This document shows, piece by piece, positions 58,565 to 64,000 of a DNA stretch of 64,000 bases (position 1 is the first letter of the stretch; every line of letters starts with the position of its first letter). This stretch comes from Myxococcales bacterium (GTDB lineage Bacteria > Myxococcota_A > Polyangia > Palsa-1104). The stretch spans positions 8,215-72,214 of the forward strand of contig JAQBQH010000274.1 of NCBI GenBank assembly GCA_028287105.1, read 5' to 3'. The notes beneath the pieces are model-generated. The model was not told the DNA's origin and made no database searches. It was given only the letters and a program-made list of their open reading frames with translations. The translations under genes were made by a program, and so were the position numbers.

Positions 58565-60052
58565 TCAGGCGTCGGCGCGCGGGCGCAGGCGCAGGCCACG
58601 CGAGACCAGCAGCCGCTCGACGCCGTCGAAGAGCCCCTGCACGAGGAGCGCGAGCAGCGCCGCCGGCACGGCGCCTTCGAGGATGAGGCGCGTGTCGTCG
58701 AGACGGATGCCGGTCAGGATGGGCTGGCCGTAGCCGCCGGCGCCGATGAGCGCGCCTAGCGTGGCGGTGCCGACGGCGATGACGGCGGCGGTCTGCACGC
58801 CGGCGAGGATCGACGGCATCGCCAGCGGCAGCTCGACGAGGCGCAGCCGCTCCCACGAGGTCAGGCCGAGCGCGGCCGCCGATTCGCGCAGCGGCGGCGC
58901 GATGCCGTCGATGCCGGCGACGGTGTTGCGTACGATCGGCAGGAGCGAGTAGACGACCAGCGCGACCAGCGCCGGCGCTGTGCCGATCCCGAAGAGCGGG
59001 ATCATGAAGACCAGGAGCGCCAGGGACGGGATGGTCTGCAAGAGGCCGCTGCCGCCGAGGATGATGCGGCGCAGGCGGCGGCGGCGCGCCGCGACGATGC
59101 CGAGCGGAATGCCGACCACGATGGCGGCGGCGACCGAGAGGGCGACCAGCGTCAGGTGCTCGACGGTGCGGCGCCAGACGCGCAGGGCGACGCCGTCGGG
59201 GGCGGTGACGGCGGCGAGGCCGAAGTGGGCCGCGGCGAAGTCGGCGGCGATGCGAGCCTCGGGGACCTTGTCGCGCTTGGCGCGCGCGTTCATCGCGATC
59301 ATCTCGCTGGCGGTGATGGCGCCGAAGAGGCGGGCCAGGGCGGCGCGCGCCGCGGGAAGGAGGGTGTCGCGATGGATCAGCACCGCCTGATACTCGGTGA
59401 AGTGGCCGAGATCGTCGGTGAGCAGCGTCGGGCGGTAGTAGCCGATCTCGGCGTCGGTGCTGTAGGCGTCGATGACGTCGAGCGTGCCGGCGTCGAGCCC
59501 GCGCCACGCCAGATCGTGGTCCATGCCGCGGACGTCTTTGTGCGGCAGGCGATAGCGGGCGCGCAGCGCGGGCCACCCGTCGCCGCGCGCCATGAACTCC
59601 TCGGAGAAGCCGAGGCGCAACTCGGGATGGGCGGCGAGATCGGAGATGCGCGCGAGGTGCAGGCGGGCGGCGACCTCGGAGCGGGCCGCCAGCGCGTAGC
59701 CGTCGGCGAAGCCGAGCGAGGGCGTCATCACCAGGTGACGCTCGGCGAGCGCGCGTTCGAGCGTGGCGCGGTCGCAGGCCGAGTGCAGCAGCTCCTGGCA
59801 CAAGGTGCCGGTGTACTCGGGATAGACGTCGATGCGGCCGGCGAGGAGGGCGTCCCACAAGACGCGGGTGCCGCCGAGCTGCGCCTCGTGGCGTACGGCC
59901 ACGCCGCCGTCGGCGATCAGGCGGGTGGCGAGCTCGCCGAGGAGCACCGACTCGGTGAACTTCTTCGAGCCGACCGCGAGCGGCCGCGCCGAGTGGCAGC
60001 CGGCGGCGGCGAAGAGGAGGGCAAGGAGCGCGGCGGCGAGCGCGCGTCTCAC
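58565..60052 (-). CDS. Osmoprotectant (glycine-betaine/choline type) ABC transporter, fused substrate-binding + permease
   Basis: Lipobox AAAGC. VGSKKFTESVLLGEL, IDVYPEYTG (binding domain). Then the permease TIPSLALLVFMIPLFGIG...PLRESAAALGLT (EAA loop). Confidence 0.8.
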   Translation of the reverse strand: MRRALAAALLALLFAAAGCHSARPLAVGSKKFTESVLLGELATRLIADGGVAVRHEAQLGGTRVLWDALLAGRIDVYPEYTGTLCQELLHSACDRATLERALAERHLVMTPSLGFADGYALAARSEVAARLHLARISDLAAHPELRLGFSEEFMARGDGWPALRARYRLPHKDVRGMDHDLAWRGLDAGTLDVIDAYSTDAEIGYYRPTLLTDDLGHFTEYQAVLIHRDTLLPAARAALARLFGAITASEMIAMNARAKRDKVPEARIAADFAAAHFGLAAVTAPDGVALRVWRRTVEHLTLVALSVAAAIVVGIPLGIVAARRRRLRRIILGGSGLLQTIPSLALLVFMIPLFGIGTAPALVALVVYSLLPIVRNTVAGIDGIAPPLRESAAALGLTSWERLRLVELPLAMPSILAGVQTAAVIAVGTATLGALIGAGGYGQPILTGIRLDDTRLILEGAVPAALLALLVQGLFDGVERLLVSRGLRLRPRADA

Positions 60053-60783
60053 GCTTCGAGCCGGCGCAGCGGCGCGCGCTGCGCCTCGATGAAGTGCGTG
60101 ACGAACGGGTCGGCCGGCTCGCGCACCAGCGCCGTCAAGGGGCCGCGCTGCACGACGCGGCCGTCGCGCAAGAGGATGACCTCGTCGGCGAGCGCGGCAG
60201 CGTCGCCGAGGTCGTGCGTGACCATGACGATGGTCTTGCCGAGCTGCTTGGCGATTCGGCCCAGATCTTGTTGCAGCTCGGCGCGAATGATCGGGTCGAG
60301 CGCGCCGAACGGCTCGTCGAGCAGGAGCGCCTCGGGATCGAGCATGAGCGCGCGCATCAGGCTGACGCGCTGTCGCTGTCCGCCCGACAGCTGCAGCGGA
60401 TAGCGCGACAACAGCGACCGCGGCAGCTGCACCAGCTCGCCGAGCGCGGCGATGCGCGCGTCGGTGGCGGTGCGCGGCGAGCCCCGCGCGGGGAGGGACA
60501 CGTTCTCGGCGGCGGTCAGGTGCGGAAAGAGCCCGCCCTCCTGAATGACGTAGCCGATGCGGCGCCGCGCCAGGAGCGTGAGCGGGCCGCCGTCGAAGGT
60601 GACCTCGCCGGCGTCGGGCGCGAGCAGCCCCATGAGCAGGCGGAGGAGCGTCGACTTGCCACAGCCCGACGGGCCGAGCAGCACCGTCGTGCGCCCGCGC
60701 GCCAGCTCCAGGTCGACGTCGACGGCGAGCAGCGCACCCCAGGACTTCGTGACGCCGCGCAGGCGGAACATGTCACGCAGCAT
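60049..60783 (-). CDS. ABC transporter ATPase (osmoprotectant type, no CBS tail)
   Basis: GPSGCGKSTLL, LSGGQRQRV, LLLDEPFGALD, MVTHD. 4-nt overlap downstream. Confidence 0.9.
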   Translation of the reverse strand: MLRDMFRLRGVTKSWGALLAVDVDLELARGRTTVLLGPSGCGKSTLLRLLMGLLAPDAGEVTFDGGPLTLLARRRIGYVIQEGGLFPHLTAAENVSLPARGSPRTATDARIAALGELVQLPRSLLSRYPLQLSGGQRQRVSLMRALMLDPEALLLDEPFGALDPIIRAELQQDLGRIAKQLGKTIVMVTHDLGDAAALADEVILLRDGRVVQRGPLTALVREPADPFVTHFIEAQRAPLRRLEA

Positions 60784-60831
60784 AGCCCGACCGACGGGCG
60801 GCAGTCTTGGTCGATGGCCGCGGCGAATCGA

Positions 60832-62295
60832 TTACGGCAGCTTGACGACCATGGTGGTCGCGTCGCCGTAGACCCGCGTGACGCGCGGATCGCGCAACAG
60901 CTTCTTGCCGAGCGCCGCGTCCTCGGGGCGCAACAGAACGTAGTGGCTCGCAAAAGAATCGACGATCGACGCCACCGGATCGGGATCGCTGCCAGAGACG
61001 ATGCTTTGATATTTGAGGTACAGGCCCGGGTTCCAATAATAGAAGAAATAGGGATCGAGCCCATAGATGTAGTGGTTGTGGACGTTGAAGTAGAAGAGCT
61101 GAACGAAGTCGCCCCAGGCGCAATGGAAGACGGTGCTGTCCGCGGGAGTATGGCCTGCGAGCCAGTCGGCGGCGCCGCGATAGCGGTCGTGTTCGAGGTT
61201 GAAGCCGTTGCGGTAGAGCGTCACGTGGTAGTGAATGCCGGCGCCAAGGAAAGACGCGAGCAGCGCGCCGCGCAGCCACGATTCCCAACGCGCCCGCGGC
61301 GGCACGACGGCGACGATGCGGGCGCCGAGGAGGACCGCGAACGGGACGGCATACTCGACCGAGCGCGCGGAGCGCAGCGAGAGCACCACGAGGAGCAGCG
61401 TGGTCAGTCCGAGCGGCAGCAGATCGGACGGCCACTCCGCGCGGCGGCGCAAGAGCGCGAGCGGCGCCACGACTCCCATCACCAGCGCCGGGTAACAGCG
61501 CTCGGCGAGGGTGGCGATGGGAAACGGCTGCCATTCGGCGCCGCCGCGCATCGCCGCGTCGGCGGTGCGCGCGAGAATGTCGTTCTGGAAATAGGGGACG
61601 ATATGAAAAAATAGATATTCGAAGGTGCGCGGTGAAAACGGATTGATGGCCATTCCCAGCGCGAAGCCGGCCGTCGCATAGAGGACGGGGCGGAGATCCC
61701 AGCGCTTCGTCGCGCGGCGGCGATCGAGGACGAAGAAGCAGGCGACGAGCGGTACGAGCGCGGCGACCTGATAGGCCCACGTGAAGAAGAAGGTCACGAC
61801 GACCAGCGAGCGGTAGCGCTGGCGCTCGAGGAGCCAGATGCTGGCCACCAGCAGCGTCAGCGCCAGCGGCATCGCGCGCGGCGAGATCATCCTGAACAGG
61901 AAGTAGTCGCCCGCGCCCAGGAGCACGAGCGAGTAGATCCAGGCGCGGCGCACCGCGTGCGCGGCGAGGTAGGCGTAGACGCTGGTGAGCGCGACGGCGC
62001 CGAAGAAGGCGCCCGCCCACCGTTCGGCGTTTACGCCGCCGATGAAGGTGAACGGGATGAGCAGGACGTGAAACAGGAATTGGTGATCGACCCATCCCTC
62101 GCGGGTGATCGAGCACTCCATCCACGGGAAGGTGGTGAACAGGCCGCGCTCGCGGTAGAGCGCGGCCATGCGCATGTGGAACATGCCGTCGCCGTCGACG
62201 AGGTTGTCGTGCGAGAAGAGCTGCAGCGCCAGAACGGCGAGGTTGACGCAGAACACCAGGCCGATGCCCAGCCACACTGTCGTGCGCTTCTGCAT
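60832..62295 (-). CDS. Polytopic membrane protein, GT-C-fold glycosyltransferase-like (tentative)
   Basis: ATG 62293-62295. About 11 TM helices, then a soluble C-terminal domain of about 110 aa. The overall layout resembles ArnT/PMT-type enzymes. No motif confirmed. Confidence 0.45.
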   Translation of the reverse strand: MQKRTTVWLGIGLVFCVNLAVLALQLFSHDNLVDGDGMFHMRMAALYRERGLFTTFPWMECSITREGWVDHQFLFHVLLIPFTFIGGVNAERWAGAFFGAVALTSVYAYLAAHAVRRAWIYSLVLLGAGDYFLFRMISPRAMPLALTLLVASIWLLERQRYRSLVVVTFFFTWAYQVAALVPLVACFFVLDRRRATKRWDLRPVLYATAGFALGMAINPFSPRTFEYLFFHIVPYFQNDILARTADAAMRGGAEWQPFPIATLAERCYPALVMGVVAPLALLRRRAEWPSDLLPLGLTTLLLVVLSLRSARSVEYAVPFAVLLGARIVAVVPPRARWESWLRGALLASFLGAGIHYHVTLYRNGFNLEHDRYRGAADWLAGHTPADSTVFHCAWGDFVQLFYFNVHNHYIYGLDPYFFYYWNPGLYLKYQSIVSGSDPDPVASIVDSFASHYVLLRPEDAALGKKLLRDPRVTRVYGDATTMVVKLP

Positions 62296-62360
62296 CGCTG
62301 CCTCGAGGCTACACGGAAACGACGTTCGTCGTCCACGCGCCGGCGCCTCTCGGTCGCCGG

Positions 62361-62792
62361 TCAGACCTCGTCGGTGTGCTCGTCGAGGAAGGCGTGCATG
62401 CGCGAGCGCTCTTCCGCCGTCAGCACCTCGGCGATCCACGCCTCCGCCTCTTCGCGGACGCGAAACGTACGGCGAGAAGGCGCGCCGGTCTGCTTCAAGA
62501 GCCGCTCGCTCTGCATGACCAGAAGCGCGCTGGCGTCGGAGAGCAGGAAGGCGTTGCGCTCGACGTAGGGATTGTCCATCCGCATGTAGCCGGTCACGAG
62601 GTCGACGACCTCGGGATCGACCAGGCGCAATCCGCGTAGATCCGCGATCACGCAGGCGAGTCCGCGATCGCGCGGCATGACGCGGTAGATGCGCTTGAAG
62701 AGCGTCATGGCGTCGTACAAGGTGAGCGGGGAGACGACACGGATCTCGAGGAGCCTGCCGACGGGGTTCGCTACATGAAACATCTTTGTCAT
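62361..62792 (-). CDS. Hypothetical cytoplasmic protein
   Basis: Track ORF 62361..62834. ATG 62792 or 62783 is the likely start. I recognise no motif. Confidence 0.5.
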   Translation of the reverse strand: MTKMFHVANPVGRLLEIRVVSPLTLYDAMTLFKRIYRVMPRDRGLACVIADLRGLRLVDPEVVDLVTGYMRMDNPYVERNAFLLSDASALLVMQSERLLKQTGAPSRRTFRVREEAEAWIAEVLTAEERSRMHAFLDEHTDEV

Positions 62793-62905
62793 CGTACAAC
62801 AGTTCGGCCGCGTGCTGCAGGTCATTGACGGCAATTATCGACCACGCGACTGTCCGACCGGAATCGAGCTGCCGTATGGCCTGCGGCAATAGAGGAGAAC
62901 GGTCG

Positions 62906-64000
62906 ATGACAAAACGAATCGTCTTACCCGCAGTCGCGCTGGTCGCGATGGCGAGCGTCGCCGCCGCAATCGGGGCACCGCTGCCGCGCAAGGTCGTACG
63001 CAAGCAGCCGCGCATCGTCGCCAAGGCGAGCCTCGAGCACTTCAAATCGCACGCTCGTTTTGCCCGCCTCAACCATCTCTCCGTCGAGACCAAGGGCCTC
63101 GTTCAGGCCGACGCGCATCAGTCGTCGGCGCGGCTGCGCAGCTTCCCGCAGTGGAAGGGCTCGTTCACGTATCAGGGCAAGAGCTACCCGTATGTCATGG
63201 CGGGCGGCAATCCGATGCGCGGCGACGAGACGCGGCTGGACACGTCGTTCGTCGCGCTGAGCTTCAAGTTCGACGAGTTCGCCGACGCGAACGGCAACCC
63301 GATCGTCATCGACACCACGCCGAGCGTCGGCGAGATCCTCGGCTCGCCCAACTTCGTGCAGAGCCGCTACAGCGTCGGCTGGGGACAGTTCGGCGACGCG
63401 GTTCAGCGCGCCAGCTTCTTCAACGTCGCGGAGCGTGACTGGCACACCACGCTCGAGCGGCCGCGCATCCTCACGCCAGTCACCGTCGAGGTGCCGGTCG
63501 GCATGGGCACCGTCGAGCAGGTCAACGGCAAGTACATCGGCACGGTGAGCTTCGACTTCCTCTACTCGCAGCTGCAGACGATCTTGCAGCTCGAGGGCGT
63601 GCGCACCGACGAGCTGCCCATCATCGTGAGCCGCAACGTCTCGAGCGATTATGCGCTCGGGTTCCACGACGCCATCGACGTGCAGGCGGGCAATCGGAAG
63701 GGCATCCAGACCTATACCTGGACGAGCTGGTACGACGCCGACGTGGTGCCGGAGATCTTCGCCGACGCGACCACGATCACGCACGAGATCTCGGAGTGGA
63801 TCTCGGATCCGCTGGTCAACAACATCGTCCCCGAGTTCGTCATCCCGGAGAGCGGAACGCCGCCCGCCTGCATGGACGCCCTCGAGGTCGGCGATCCGAT
63901 CGAGTTCCTCTCGACGCAGATGTTTCCCGTCGACATCCGCGGGCACGTCTATCACACGCAGAACGAGACGCTGGTGCCGTGGTTCAGCCGCGAGGTGCCG
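62906..64000 (+). CDS. Secreted hypothetical protein, 3' end cut by the window edge
   Basis: My own translation; absent from the track because it is open-ended. GAGGAGA RBS, ATG 62906, signal MTKRIVLPAVALVAMASVAAA. The frame stays open for 365 codons with GC3-rich usage. Confidence 0.65.
   Translation, partial: MTKRIVLPAVALVAMASVAAAIGAPLPRKVVRKQPRIVAKASLEHFKSHARFARLNHLSVETKGLVQADAHQSSARLRSFPQWKGSFTYQGKSYPYVMAGGNPMRGDETRLDTSFVALSFKFDEFADANGNPIVIDTTPSVGEILGSPNFVQSRYSVGWGQFGDAVQRASFFNVAERDWHTTLERPRILTPVTVEVPVGMGTVEQVNGKYIGTVSFDFLYSQLQTILQLEGVRTDELPIIVSRNVSSDYALGFHDAIDVQAGNRKGIQTYTWTSWYDADVVPEIFADATTITHEISEWISDPLVNNIVPEFVIPESGTPPACMDALEVGDPIEFLSTQMFPVDIRGHVYHTQNETLVPWFSREVP

Noticed and set aside
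63782-63796. HEISE in the right-edge secreted protein considered as a zinc-metalloprotease HExxH motif
   Set aside because: The fifth residue is Glu, not His, and no downstream third ligand motif was seen. This is not enough to call a protease.

Overview
This is a 64-kb, very GC-rich (about 70% by eye), gene-dense chromosomal segment. I call about 69 CDS. I found no rRNA, tRNA, CRISPR array, transposase, integrase or prophage signature. Many genes are joined by 4-nt ATGA/GTGA stop-start overlaps. The track's long Arg/Ala/Pro-rich ORFs are mostly frame shadows of the real genes. The gene content (Ser/Thr kinase, ECF sigma factors, sigma-54 activator, many lipoproteins, Che-like clusters without motor genes, eukaryote-like domains) suggests a myxobacterium-like organism, but that is inference only.

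Layout:
- 1-9.6 kb: an FGE-sulfatase protein, a TIM-barrel hydrolase, HdeD, a hydrolase/DoxX/SigJ-like ECF operon, an arsR-arsC-acr3 operon plus a GFA protein, and a ricin-GH26 mannanase.
- 9.7-13 kb: a lone receiver, small unknown ORFs and an ABC exporter.
- 13-31 kb: the most unusual block. It holds a TonB-dependent receptor / YfiR-like / PilZ-like-REC-REC / Hpt operon. Divergent from it is a lipoprotein-lipoprotein-REC-MCP-CheA(REC)-CheR-CheB operon. Next come AlkP-family-CheW-CheW behind a near-consensus sigma-54 promoter, then a sigma-54 activator. The block ends with a second, split copy of the REC/PilZ-like-REC/REC/Hpt relay.
- 31-36.4 kb: an EGF / TNFR-like / fibrinogen-like lipoprotein, and a putative extracytoplasmic redox module. 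That module contains a DUF2271 protein with a perfect flavinylation motif, DUF4266, DUF3570, CX4CH proteins and a Tat-Rieske lipoprotein.
- 36.4-40.6 kb: a Ser/Thr kinase, proline-rich membrane paralogs and a membrane-anchored ECF sigma.
- 40.6-58.5 kb: a glycan island. It has a thaumatin-ricin protein, CBM-like lipoproteins, GH26 and twin operators. It also has a ROK-GH16-Opp-type ABC-GH1 operon ending in a glycosidase fused to a putative beta-barrel.
- 58.5-64 kb: an osmoprotectant ABC system, a GT-C-like membrane protein and unknown proteins.

All family assignments come from reading motifs by eye. No database search was run.
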